DNA from: Auanema rhodensis
Lineage: Eukaryota > Animalia > Nematoda
Assembly (NCBI GenBank): GCA_964057225.1
Contig: CAXKVF010000097.1
Coordinates: 38,189-102,188, forward strand
Direction of reading: 5' to 3'
Length of the DNA: 64,000 bases
This document shows, piece by piece, positions 41,705 through 55,900 of this stretch; position 1 is the first letter of the stretch, and each line of letters starts with the position of its first letter. Both the position numbers and the translations under genes were made by a program. The notes below the pieces were generated by a model. The model did not search any database and had not been told where the DNA came from. It worked only from the letters and a program-made list of their open reading frames with translations.

Positions 41705-44700
41705 AGACTAATATGGACATGGGGAATCTAATTTTGAAAACCGCATCTCTTTATCTTTCACGTGAAGCGAGTTACATACCAAGTGCACATCACGTGTACA
41801 TTTAATTAGCATAAATTAAAGTTCACGTAAATTTCAAAGTCATGGTTACCATGAAGCAATATCAATAAAAATTTGTTTTTAGACTAATATGGACATGGGG
41901 AATCTAATTTTGAAAACCGCATCTCTTTATCTTTCACGTGAAGCGAGTTACATACCAAGTGCACATCACGTGTACATTTAATTAGCATAAATTAAAGTTC
42001 ACGTAAATTTCAAAGTCATGGTTACCATGAAGCAATATCAATAAAAATTTCTTTTAGACTAATATGGACATGGGGAATCTAATTTTGAAAACCGCATCTC
42101 TTTATCTTTCACGTGAAGCGAGTTACATACCAAGTGCACATCACGTGTACATTTAATTAGCATAAATTAAAGTTCACGTAAATTTCAAAGTCATGGTTAC
42201 CATGCACCAATATCAATAAAAATTTGTTTTTAGACTAATATGGACATGGGGGATCTAATTTTGAAAACCGCATCTCTTTATCTTTCACGTGAAGCGAGTT
42301 ACATACCAAGTGCACATCACGTGTACATTTAATTAGCATAAATTAAAGTTCACGTAAATTTCAAAGTCATGGTTACCATGCACCAATATCAATAAAAATT
42401 TGTTTTTAGACTAATATGGACAGGGGGGATCTAATTTTGAAAACCGCATCTCTTTATCTTTCACGTGAAGCGAGTTACATACCAAGTGCACATCACGTGT
42501 ACATTTAATTAGCATAAATTAAAGTTCACGTAAATTTCAAAGTCATGGTTACCATGCACCAATATCAATAAAAATTTGTTTTTAGACTAATATGGACATG
42601 GGGGATCTAATTTTGAAAACCGCATCTCTTTATCTTTCACGTGAAGCGAGTTACATACCAAGTGCACATCACGTGTACATTTAATTAGCATAAATTAAAG
42701 TTCACGTAAATTTCAATGTCATGGTTACCATGAACCAATATCAATAAAAATTTGTTTTTAGACTAATATGGACATGGGGAATCTAATTTTGAAAATCGCA
42801 TCTCTTTATCTTTCACGTGAAGCGAGTTACATACCAAGTGCACATCACGTGTACATTTAATTAGCATAAATTAAAGTTCACGTAAATTTCAAAGTCATGG
42901 TTACCATGCACCAATATCAATAAAAATTTGTTTTTAGTTTAATATGGACATGGGGAATCTAATTTTGAAAACCGCATCTCTTCATCTTTCACGTGAAGCG
43001 AGTTACATACCAAGTGCACATCACGTGTACATTTAATTAGCATAAATTAAAGTTCACGTAAATTTCAAAGTCATGGTTACCATGAACCAATATCAATAAA
43101 AATTTGTTTTTAGACTAATATGGACATGGGGAATCTAATTTTGAAAACCGTATCTCTTTATCTTTCACGTGAAGCGAGTTACATACCAAGTGCACATCAC
43201 GTGTACATTTAATTAGCATAAATTAAAGTTCACGTAAATTTCAAAGTCATGGTTACCATGCACCAATATCAATAAAAATTTGTTTTTAGACTAATATGGA
43301 CAGGGGGGATCTAATTTTGAAAACCGCATCTCTTTATCTTTCACGTGAAGCGAGTTACATACCAAGTGCACATCACGTGTACATTTAATTAGCATAAATT
43401 AAAGTTCACGTAAATTTCAAAGTCATGGTTACCATGCACCAATATCAATAAAAATTTGTTTTTAGACTAATATGGACATGGGGGATCTAATTTTGAAAAC
43501 CGCATCTCTTTATCTTTCACGTGAAGCGAGTTACATACCAAGTGCACATCACGTGTACATTTAATTAGCATAAATTAAAGTTCACGTAAATTTCAAAGTC
43601 ATGGTTACCATGAACCAATATCAATAAAAATTTGTTTTTAGACTAATATGGACATGGGGAATCTAATTTTGAAAACCGCATCTCTTTATCTTTCACGTGA
43701 AGCGAGTTACATACCAAGTGCACATCACGTGTACATTTAATTAGCATAAATTAAAGTTCACGTAAATTTCAAAGTCATGGTTACCATGAAGCAATATCAA
43801 TAAAAATTTGTTTTTAGACTAATATGGACATGGGGAATCTAATTTTGAAAACCGCATCTCTTTATCTTTCACGTGAAGCGAGTTACATACCAAGTGCACA
43901 TCACGTGTACATTTAATTAGCATAAATTAAAGTTCACGTAAATTTCAAAGTCATGGTTACCATGAAGCAATATCAATAAAAATTTCTTTTAGACTAATAT
44001 GGACATGGGGAATCTAATTTTGAAAACCGCATCTCTTTATCTTTCACGTGAAGCGAGTTACATACCAAGTGCACATCACGTGTACATTTAATTAGCATAA
44101 ATTAAAGTTCACGTAAATTTCAAAGTCATGGTTACCATGCACCAATATCAATAAAAATTTGTTTTTAGACTAATATGGACATGGGGGATCTAATTTTGAA
44201 AACCGCATCTCTTTATCTTTCACGTGAAGCGAGTTACATACCAAGTGCACATCACGTGTACATTTAATTAGCATAAATTAAAGTTCACGTAAATTTCAAA
44301 GTCATGGTTACCATGCACCAATATCAATAAAAATTTGTTTTTAGACTAATATGGACAGGGGGGATCTAATTTTGAAAACCGCATCTCTTTATCTTTCACG
44401 TGAAGCGAGTTACATACCAAGTGCACATCACGTGTACATTTAATTAGCATAAATTAAAGTTCACGTAAATTTCAAAGTCATGGTTACCATGCACCAATAT
44501 CAATAAAAATTTGTTTTTAGACTAATATGGACATGGGGGATCTAATTTTGAAAACCGCATCTCTTTATCTTTCACGTGAAGCGAGTTACATACCAAGTGC
44601 ACATCACGTGTACATTTAATTAGCATAAATTAAAGTTCACGTAAATTTCAATGTCATGGTTACCATGAACCAATATCAATAAAAATTTGTTTTTAGACTA

Positions 44701-45222
44701 ATATGGACATGGGGAATCTAATTTTGAAAATCGCATCTCTTTATCTTTCACGTGAAGCGAGTTACATACCAAGTGCACATCACGTGTACATTTAATTAGC
44801 ATAAATTAAAGTTCACGTAAATTTCAAAGTCATGGTTACCATGCACCAATATCAATAAAAATTTGTTTTTAGTTTAATATGGACATGGGGAATCTAATTT
44901 TGAAAACCGCATCTCTTCATCTTTCACGTGAAGCGAGTTACATACCAAGTGCACATCACGTGTACATTTAATTAGCATAAATTAAAGTTCACGTAAATTT
45001 CAAAGTCATGGTTACCATGAACCAATATCAATAAAAATTTGTTTTTAGACTAATATGGACATGGGGAATCTAATTTTGAAAACCGTATCTCTTTATCTTT
45101 CACGTGAAGCGAGTTACATACCAAGTGCACATCACGTGTACATTTAATTAGCATAAATTAAAGTTCACGTAAATTTCAAAGTCATGGTTACCATGCACCA
45201 ATATCAATAAAAATTTGTTTTT
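41705..45222. repeat. 11-monomer-period (1935-bp) duplication
   Basis: C37T at 42796/44731 and the 175-bp junction at 42051/43986. The run A21G, T16G+A21G, A21G+A134T, C37T, AGTTT+T48C, C40T appears in both copies. Confidence 0.85.
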
Positions 45223-46102
45223 AAACTAATATGGACATGGGGAATCTAATTTTGAAAACCGCATCTCTTTATCTTTCACGTGAAGCGAGTTACATACCAA
45301 GTGCACATCACGTGTACATTTAATTAGCATAAATTAAAGTTCACGTAAATTTCAAAGTCATGGTTACCATGCACCAATATCAATAAAAATTTGTTTTTAA
45401 ACTAATATGGACATGGGGAATCTAAATTTGAAAACCGCATCTCTTTATCTTTCACGTGAAGCGAGTTACATACCAAGTGCACATCACGTGTACATTTAAT
45501 TAGCATAAATTAAAGTTCACGTAAATTTCAAAGTCATGGTTACCATGAAGCAATATCAATAAAAATTTGTTTTTAAACTAATATGGACATGGGGAATCTA
45601 ATTTTGAAAACCGCATCTCTTTATCTTTCACATGAAGCGAGTTACATACCAAGTGCACATCACGTGTACATTTAATTAGCATAAATTAAAGTTCACGTAA
45701 ATTTCAAAGTCATGGTTACCATGAAGCAATATCAATAAAAATTTGTTTTTAGACTAATATGGACATGGGGAATCTAATTTTGAAAACCGCATCTCTTTAT
45801 CTTTCACATGAAGCGAGTTACATACCAAGTGCACATCACGTATACATTTAATTAGCATAAATTAAAGTTCACGTAAATTTCAAAGTCATGGTTACCATGC
45901 ACCAATATCAATAAAAATTTGTTTTTAGACTAATATGGACATGGGGAATCTAATTTTGAAAACCGCATCTCTTTATCTTTCACGTGAAGCGAGTTACATA
46001 CCAAGTGCACATCACGTGTACATTTAATTAGCATAAATTAAAGTTCACGTAAATTTCAAAGTCATGGTTACCATGAACCAATATCAATAAAAATTTGTTT
46101 TT

Positions 46103-48916
46103 AGACTAATATGGACATGGGGAATCTAATTTTGAAAACCGCATCTCTTTATCTTTCACGTGAAGCGAGTTACATACCAAGTGCACATCACGTGTACATT
46201 TAATTAGCATAAATTAAAGTTCACGTAAATTTCAAAGTCATGGTTACCATGAACCAATATCAATAAAAATTTGTTTTTAGACTAATATGGACATGGGGAA
46301 TCTAATTTTGAAAACCGCATCTCTTTATCTTTCACGTGAAGCGAGTTACATACCAAGTGCACATCACGTGTACATTTAATTAGCATAAATTAAAGTTCAC
46401 GTAAATTTCAAAGTCATGGTTACCATGAAGCAATATCAATAAAAATTTGTTTTTAGACTAATATGGACATGGGGAATCTAATTTTGAAAACCGCATCTCT
46501 TTATCTTTCACGTGAAGCGAGTTACATACCAAGTGCACATCACGTGTACATTTAATTAGCATAAATTAAAGTTCACGTAAATTTCAAAGTCATGGTTACC
46601 ATGAAGCAATATCAATAAAAATTTCTTTTAGACTAATATGGACATGGGGAATCTAATTTTGAAAACCGCACCTCTTTATCTTTCACGTGAAGCGAGTTAC
46701 ATACCAAGTGCACATCACGTGTACATTTAATTAGCATAAATTAAAGTTCACGTAAATTTCAAAGTCATGGTTACCATGAACCAATATCGATAAAAATTTG
46801 TTTTTAGACTAATATGGACATGGGAAATCTAATTTTGAAAACCGCATCTCTTTATCTTTCACGTGAAGCGAGTTACATACCAAGTGCACATCACGTGTAC
46901 ATTTAATTAGCATAAATTAAAGTTCACGTAAATTTCAAAGTCATGGTTACCATGAAGCAATATCAATAAAAATTTGTTTTTAGACTAATATGGACATGGG
47001 GAATCTAATTTTGAAAACCGCATCTCTTTATCTTTCACGTGAAGCGAGTTACATACCAAGTGCACATCACGTGTACATTTAATTAGCATAAATTAAAGTT
47101 CACGTAAATTTCAAAGTCATGGTTACCATGCACCAATATCAATAAAAATTTGTTTTTAGACTAATATGGACATGGGGGATCTAATTTTGAAAACCGCATC
47201 TCTTTATCTTTCACGTGAAGCGAGTTACATACCAAGTGCACATCACGTGTACATTTAATTAGCATAAATTAAAGTTCACGTAAATTTCAAAGTCATGGTT
47301 ACCATGCACCAATATCAATAAAAATTTGTTTTTAGACTAATATGGACATGGGGGATCTAATTTTGAAAACCGCATCTCTTTATCTTTCACGTGAAGCGAG
47401 TTACATACCAAGTGCACATCACGTGTACATTTAATTAGCATAAATTAAAGTTCACGTAAATTTCAAAGTCATGGTTACCATGAACCAATATCAATAAAAA
47501 TTTGTTTTTAGACTAATATGGACATGGGGAATCTAATTTTGAAAACCGCATCTCTTTATCTTTCACGTGAAGCGAGTTACATACCAAGTGCACATCACGT
47601 GTACATTTAATTAGCATAAATTAAAGTTCACGTAAATTTCAAAGTCATGGTTACCATGAACCAATATCAATAAAAATTTGTTTTTAGACTAATATGGACA
47701 TGGGGAATCTAATTTTGAAAACCGCATCTCTTTATCTTTCACGTGAAGCGAGTTACATACCAAGTGCACATCACGTGTACATTTAATTAGCATAAATTAA
47801 AGTTCACGTAAATTTCAAAGTCATGGTTACCATGAAGCAATATCAATAAAAATTTGTTTTTAGACTAATATGGACATGGGGAATCTAATTTTGAAAACCG
47901 CATCTCTTTATCTTTCACGTGAAGCGAGTTACATACCAAGTGCACATCACGTGTACATTTAATTAGCATAAATTAAAGTTCACGTAAATTTCAAAGTCAT
48001 GGTTACCATGAAGCAATATCAATAAAAATTTCTTTTAGACTAATATGGACATGGGGAATCTAATTTTGAAAACCGCACCTCTTTATCTTTCACGTGAAGC
48101 GAGTTACATACCAAGTGCACATCACGTGTACATTTAATTAGCATAAATTAAAGTTCACGTAAATTTCAAAGTCATGGTTACCATGAACCAATATCGATAA
48201 AAATTTGTTTTTAGACTAATATGGACATGGGAAATCTAATTTTGAAAACCGCATCTCTTTATCTTTCACGTGAAGCGAGTTACATACCAAGTGCACATCA
48301 CGTGTACATTTAATTAGCATAAATTAAAGTTCACGTAAATTTCAAAGTCATGGTTACCATGAAGCAATATCAATAAAAATTTGTTTTTAGACTAATATGG
48401 ACATGGGGAATCTAATTTTGAAAACCGCATCTCTTTATCTTTCACGTGAAGCGAGTTACATACCAAGTGCACATCACGTGTACATTTAATTAGCATAAAT
48501 TAAAGTTCACGTAAATTTCAAAGTCATGGTTACCATGCACCAATATCAATAAAAATTTGTTTTTAGACTAATATGGACATGGGGGATCTAATTTTGAAAA
48601 CCGCATCTCTTTATCTTTCACGTGAAGCGAGTTACATACCAAGTGCACATCACGTGTACATTTAATTAGCATAAATTAAAGTTCACGTAAATTTCAAAGT
48701 CATGGTTACCATGCACCAATATCAATAAAAATTTGTTTTTAGACTAATATGGACATGGGGGATCTAATTTTGAAAACCGCATCTCTTTATCTTTCACGTG
48801 AAGCGAGTTACATACCAAGTGCACATCACGTGTACATTTAATTAGCATAAATTAAAGTTCACGTAAATTTCAATGTCATGGTTACCATGAACCAATATCA
48901 ATAAAAATTTGTTTTT
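46103..48916. repeat. 8-monomer (1407-bp) duplication
   Basis: A private T42C+A160G monomer occurs twice (T42C at 46671/48078), each preceded by a 175-bp GAAGC monomer and followed by a G20A monomer. Confidence 0.88.
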
Positions 48917-51900
48917 AGACTAATATGGACATGGGGAATCTAATTTTGAAAACCGCATCTCTTTATCTTTCACGTGAAGCGAGTTACATACCAAGTGCAC
49001 ATCACGTGTACATTTAATTAGCATAAATTAAAGTTCACGTAAATTTCAAAGTCATGGTTACCATGCACCAATATCAATAAAAATTTGTTTTTAGACTAAT
49101 ATGGACATGGGGAATCTAATTTTGAAAACCGCATCTCTTCATCTTTCACGTGAAGCGAGTTACATACCAAGTGCACATCACGTGTACATTTAATTAGCAT
49201 AAATTAAAGTTCACGTAAATTTCAAAGTCATGGTTACCATGCACCAATATCAATAAAAATTTGTTTTTAGACTAATATGGACATGGGGAATCTAATTTTG
49301 AAAACCGCATCTCTTTATCTTTCACGTGAAGCGAGTTACATACCAAGTGCACATCACGTGTACATTTAATTAGCATAAATTAAAGTTCACGTAAATTTCA
49401 AAGTCATGGTTACCATGAACCAATATCAATAAAAATTTGTTTTTAGACTAATATGGACATGGGGAATCTAATTTTGAAAACCGCATCTCTTTATCTTTCA
49501 CGTGAAGCGAGTTACATACCAAGTGCACATCACGTGTACATTTAATTAGCATAAATTAAAGTTCACGTAAATTTCAAAGTCATGGTTACCATGAACCAAT
49601 ATCAATAAAAATTTGTTTTTAGACTAATATGGACATGGGGAATCTAATTTTGAAAACCGCATCTCTTTATCTTTCACGTGAAGCGAGTTACATACCAAGT
49701 GCACATCACGTGTACATTTAATTAGCATAAATTAAAGTTCACGTAAATTTCAAAGTCATGGTTACCATGCACCAATATCAATAAAAATTTGTTTTTAAAC
49801 TAATATGGACATGGGGAATCTAATTTTGAAAACCGCATCTCTTTATCTTTCACGTGAAGCGAGTTACATACCAAGTGCACATCACGTGTACATTTAATTA
49901 GCATAAATTAAAGTTCACGTAAATTTCAAAGTCATGGTTACCATGCACCAATATCAATAAAAATTTGTTTTTAAACTAATATGGACATGGGGAATCTAAT
50001 TTTGAAAACCGCATCTCTTTATCTTTCACGTGAAGCGAGTTACATACCAAGTGCACATCACGTGTACATTTAATTAGCATAAATTAAAGTTCACGTAAAT
50101 TTCAAAGTCATAGTTACCATGCACCAATATCAATAAAAATTTGTTTTTAGACTAATATGGACATGGGGAATCTAATTTTGAAAACCGCATCTCTTCATCT
50201 TTCACGTGAAGCGAGTTACATACCAAGTGCACATCACGTGTACATTTAATTAGCATAAATTAAAGTTCACGTAAATTTCAAAGTCATGGTTACCATGCAC
50301 CAATATCAATAAAAATTTGTTTTTAGACTAATATGGACATGGGGAATCTAATTTTGAAAACCGCATCTCTTTATCTTTCACGTGAAGCGAGTTACATACC
50401 AAGTGCACATCACGTGTACATTTAATTAGCATAAATTAAAGTTCACGTAAATTTCAAAGTCATGGTTACCATGAACCAATATCAATAAAAATTTGTTTTT
50501 AGACTAATATGGACATGGGGAATCTAATTTTGAAAACCGCATCTCTTTATCTTTCACGTGAAGCGAGTTACATACCAAGTGCACATCACGTGTACATTTA
50601 ATTAGCATAAATTAAAGTTCACGTAACTTTCAAAGTCATGGTTACCATGCACCAATATCAATAAAAATTTGTTTTTAGACTAATATGGACATGGGGAATC
50701 TAATTTTGAAAACCGCATCTCTTTATCTTTCACGTGAAGCGAGTTACATACCAAGTGCACATCACGTGTACATTTAATTAGCATAAATTAAAGTTCACGT
50801 AAATTTCAAAGTCATGGTTACCATGAACCAATATCAATAAAAATTTGTTTTTAGACTAATATGGACATGGGGAATCTAATTTTGAAAACCGCATCTCTTT
50901 ATCTTTCACGTGAAGCGAGTTACATACCAAGTGCACATCACGTGTACATTTAATTAGCATAAATTAAAGTTCACGTAAATTTCAAAGTCATGGTTACCAT
51001 GCACCAATATCAATAAAAATTTGTTTTTAAACTAATATGGACATGGGGAATCTAATTTTGAAAACCGCATCTCTTTATCTTTCACGTGAAGCGAGTTACA
51101 TACCAAGTGCACATCACGTGTACATTTAATTAGCATAAATTAAAGTTCACGTAAATTTCAAAGTCATAGTTACCATGCACCAATATCAATAAAAATTTGT
51201 TTTTAGACTAATATGGACATGGGGAATCTAATTTTGAAAACCGCATCTCTTTATCTTTCACGTGAAGCGAGTTACATACCAAGTGCACATCACGTGTACA
51301 TTTAATTAGCATAAATTAAAGTTCACGTAAATTTCAAAGTCATGGTTACCATGAACCAATATCAATAAAAATTTGTTTTTAGACTAATATGGACATGGGG
51401 AATCTAATTTTGAAAACCGCATCTCTTTATCTTTCACGTGAAGCGAGTTACATACCAAGTGCACATCACGTGTACATTTAATTAGCATAAATTAAAGTTC
51501 ACGTAAATTTCAAAGTCATGGTTACCATGCACCAATATCAATAAAAATTTGTTTTTAAACTAATATGGACATGGGGAATCTAATTTTGAAAACCGCATCT
51601 CTTTATCTTTCACGTGAAGCGAGTTACATACCAAGTGCACATCACGTGTACATTTAATTAGCATAAATTAAAGTTCACGTAAATTTCAAAGTCATGGTTA
51701 CCATGCACCAATATCAATAAAAATTTGTTTTTAAACTAATATGGACATGGGGAATCTAATTTTGAAAACCGCATCTCTTTATCTTTCACGTGAAGCGAGT
51801 TACATACCAAGTGCACATCACGTGTACATTTAATTAGCATAAATTAAAGTTCACGTAAATTTCAAAGTCATAGTTACCATGCACCAATATCAATAAAAAT

Positions 51901-52964
51901 TTGTTTTTAGACTAATATGGACATGGGGAATCTAATTTTGAAAACCGCATCTCTTCATCTTTCACGTGAAGCGAGTTACATACCAAGTGCACATCACGTG
52001 TACATTTAATTAGCATAAATTAAAGTTCACGTAAATTTCAAAGTCATGGTTACCATGCACCAATATCAATAAAAATTTGTTTTTAGACTAATATGGACAT
52101 GGGGAATCTAATTTTGAAAACCGCATCTCTTTATCTTTCACGTGAAGCGAGTTACATACCAAGTGCACATCACGTGTACATTTAATTAGCATAAATTAAA
52201 GTTCACGTAAATTTCAAAGTCATGGTTACCATGCACCAATATCAATAAAAATTTGTTTTTAGACTAATATGGACATGGGGAATCTAATTTTGAAAACCGC
52301 ATCTCTTTATCTTTCACGTGAAGCGAGTTACATACCAAGTGCACATCACGTGTACATTTAATTAGCATAAATTAAAGTTCACGTAAATTTCAAAGTCATG
52401 GTTACCATGAACCAATATCAATAAAAATTTGTTTTTAGACTAATATGGACATGGGGAATCTAATTTTGAAAACCGCATCTCTTTATCTTTCACGTGAAGC
52501 GAGTTACATACCAAGTGCACATCACGTGTACATTTAATTAGCATAAATTAAAGTTCACGTAAATTTCAAAGTCATGGTTACCATGAACCAATATCAATAA
52601 AAATTTGTTTTTAGACTAATATGGACATGGGGAATCTAATTTTGAAAACCGCATCTCTTTATCTTTCACGTGAAGCGAGTTACATACCAAGTGCACATCA
52701 CGTGTACATTTAATTAGCATAAATTAAAGTTCACGTAAATTTCAAAGTCATGGTTACCATGCACCAATATCAATAAAAATTTGTTTTTAGACTAATATGG
52801 ACATGGGGAATCTAATTTTGAAAACCGCATCTCCTTATCTTTCACGTGAAGCGAGTTACATACCAAGTGCACATCACGTGTACATTTAATTAGCATAAAT
52901 TAAAGTTCACGTAAATTTCAAAGTCATGGTTACCATGCACCAATATCAATAAAAATTTGTTTTT

Positions 52965-55900
52965 AGACTAATATGGACATGGGGAATCTAATTTTGAAAA
53001 CCGCATCTCTTCATCTTTCACGTGAAGCGAGTTACATACCAAGTGCACATCACGTGTACATTTAATTAGCATAAATTAAAGTTCACGTAAATTTCAAAGT
53101 CATGGTTACCATGCACCAATATCAATAAAAATTTGTTTTTAGACTAATATGGACATGGGGAATCTAATTTTGAAAACCGCATCTCTTTATCTTTCACGTG
53201 AAGCGAGTTACATACCAAGTGCACATCACGTGTACATTTAATTAGCATAAATTAAAGTTCACGTAAATTTCAAAGTCATGGTTACCATGCACCAATGTCA
53301 ATAAAAATTTGTTTTTAGACTAATATGGACATGGGGAATCTAATTTTGAAAACCGCATCTCTTCATCTTTCACGTGAAGCGAGTTACATACCAAGTGCAC
53401 ATCACGTGTACATTTAATTAGCATAAATTAAAGTTCACGTAAATTTCAAAGTCATGGTTACCATGCACCAATATCAATAAAAATTTGTTTTTAGACTAAT
53501 ATGGACATGGGGAATCTAATTTTGAAAACCGCATCTCTTCATCTTTCACGTGAAGCGAGTTACATACCAAGTGCACATCACGTGTACATTTAATTAGCAT
53601 AAATTAAAGTTCACGTAAATTTCAAAGTCATGGTTACCATGCACAAATATCAATAAAAATTTGTTTTTAGACTAATATGGACATGGGGAATCTAATTTTG
53701 AAAACCGCATCTCTTTATCTTTCACGTGAAGCGAGTTCCATACCAAGTGCACATCACGTGTACATTTAATTAGCATAAATTAAAGTTCACGTAACTTTCA
53801 AAGTCATGGTTACCATGAACCAATATCAATAAAAATTTGTTTTTAGACTAATATGGACATGGGGAATCTAATTTTGAAAACCGCATCTCTTTATCTTTCA
53901 CGTGAAGCGAGTTACATACCAAGTGCCCATCACGTGTACATTTAATTAGCATAAATTAAAGTTCACGTAAATTTCAAAGTCATGGTTACCATGCACCAAT
54001 ATCAATAAAAATTTGTTTTTAGACTAATATGGACATGGGGAATCTAATTTTGAAAACCGCATCTCGTTATCTTTCACGTGAAGCGAGTTACATACCAAGT
54101 GCACATCACGTGTACATTTAATTAGCATAAATTAAAGTTCACGTAAATTTCAAAGTCATGGTTACCATGCACCAATATTAATAAAAATTTGTTTTTAGAC
54201 TAATATGGACATGGGGAATCTAATTTTGAAAACCGCATCTCTTTATCTTTCACGTGAAGCGAGTTACATACCAAGTGCACATCACGTGTACATTTAATTA
54301 GCATAAATTAAAGTTCACGTAAATTTCAAAGTCATGGTTACCATGCACCAATGTCAATAAAAATTTGTTTTTAGACTAATATGGACATGGGGAATCTAAT
54401 TTTGAAAACCGCATCTCTTCATCTTTCACGTGAAGCGAGTTACATACCAAGTGCACATCACGTGTACATTTAATTAGCATAAATTAAAGTTCACGTAAAT
54501 TTCAAAGTCATGGTTACCATGCACCAATATCAATAAAAATTTGTTTTTAGACTAATATGGACATGGGGAATCTAATTTTGAAAACCGCATCTCTTCATCT
54601 TTCACGTGAAGCGAGTTACATACCAAGTGCACATCACGTGTACATTTAATTAGCATAAATTAAAGTTCACGTAAATTTCAAAGTCATGGTTACCATGCAC
54701 CAATATCAATAAAAATTTGTTTTTAGACTAATATGGACATGGGGAATCTAATTTTGAAAACCGCATCTCTTTATCTTTCACGTGAAGCGAGTTACATACC
54801 AAGTGCACATCACGTGTACATTTAATTAGCATAAATTAAAGTTCACGTAAATTTCAAAGTCATGGTTACCATGCACCAATGTCAATAAAAATTTGTTTTT
54901 AGACTAATATGGACATGGGGAATCTAATTTTGAAAACCGCATCTCTTTATCTTTCACGTGAAGCGAGTTACATACCAAGTGCACATCACGTGTACATTTA
55001 ATTAGCATAAATTAAAGTTCACGTAACTTTCAAAGTCATGGTTACCATGAACCAATATCAATAAAAATTTGTTTTTAGACTAATATGGACATGGGGAATC
55101 TAATTTTGAAAACCGCATCTCTTTATCTTTCACGTGAAGCGAGTTACATACCAAGTGCCCATCACGTGTACATTTAATTAGCATAAATTAAAGTTCACGT
55201 TAATTTCAAAGTCATGGTTACCATGCACCAATATCAATAAAAATTTGTTTTTAGACTAATATGGACATGGGGAATCTAATTTTGAAAACCGCATCTCTTC
55301 ATCTTTCACGTGAAGCGAGTTACATACCAAGTGCACATCACGTGTACATTTAATTAGCATAAATTAAAGTTCACGTAAATTTCAAAGTCATGGTTACCAT
55401 GCACCAATATCAATAAAAATTTGTTTTTAGACTAATATGGACATGGGGAATCTAATTTTGAAAACCGCATCTCTTTATCTTTCACGTGAAGCGAGTTACA
55501 TACCAAGTGCACATCACGTGTACATTTAATTAGCATAAATTAAAGTTCACGTAAATTTCAAAGTCATGGTTACCATGCACCAATGTCAATAAAAATTTGT
55601 TTTTAGACTAATATGGACATGGGGAATCTAATTTTGAAAACCGCATCTCTTCATCTTTCACGTGAAGCGAGTTACATACCAAGTGCACATCACGTGTACA
55701 TTTAATTAGCATAAATTAAAGTTCACGTAAATTTCAAAGTCATGGTTACCATGCACCAATATCAATAAAAATTTGTTTTTAGACTAATATGGACATGGGG
55801 AATCTAATTTTGAAAACCGCATCTCTTCATCTTTCACGTGAAGCGAGTTACATACCAAGTGCACATCACGTGTACATTTAATTAGCATAAATTAAAGTTC

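Noticed and set aside
19886-44518. G-quadruplex potential from the GGGGGG variant (T16G+A21G)
   Set aside because: Only one G-run per 176 bp, far too widely spaced for an intramolecular G4.
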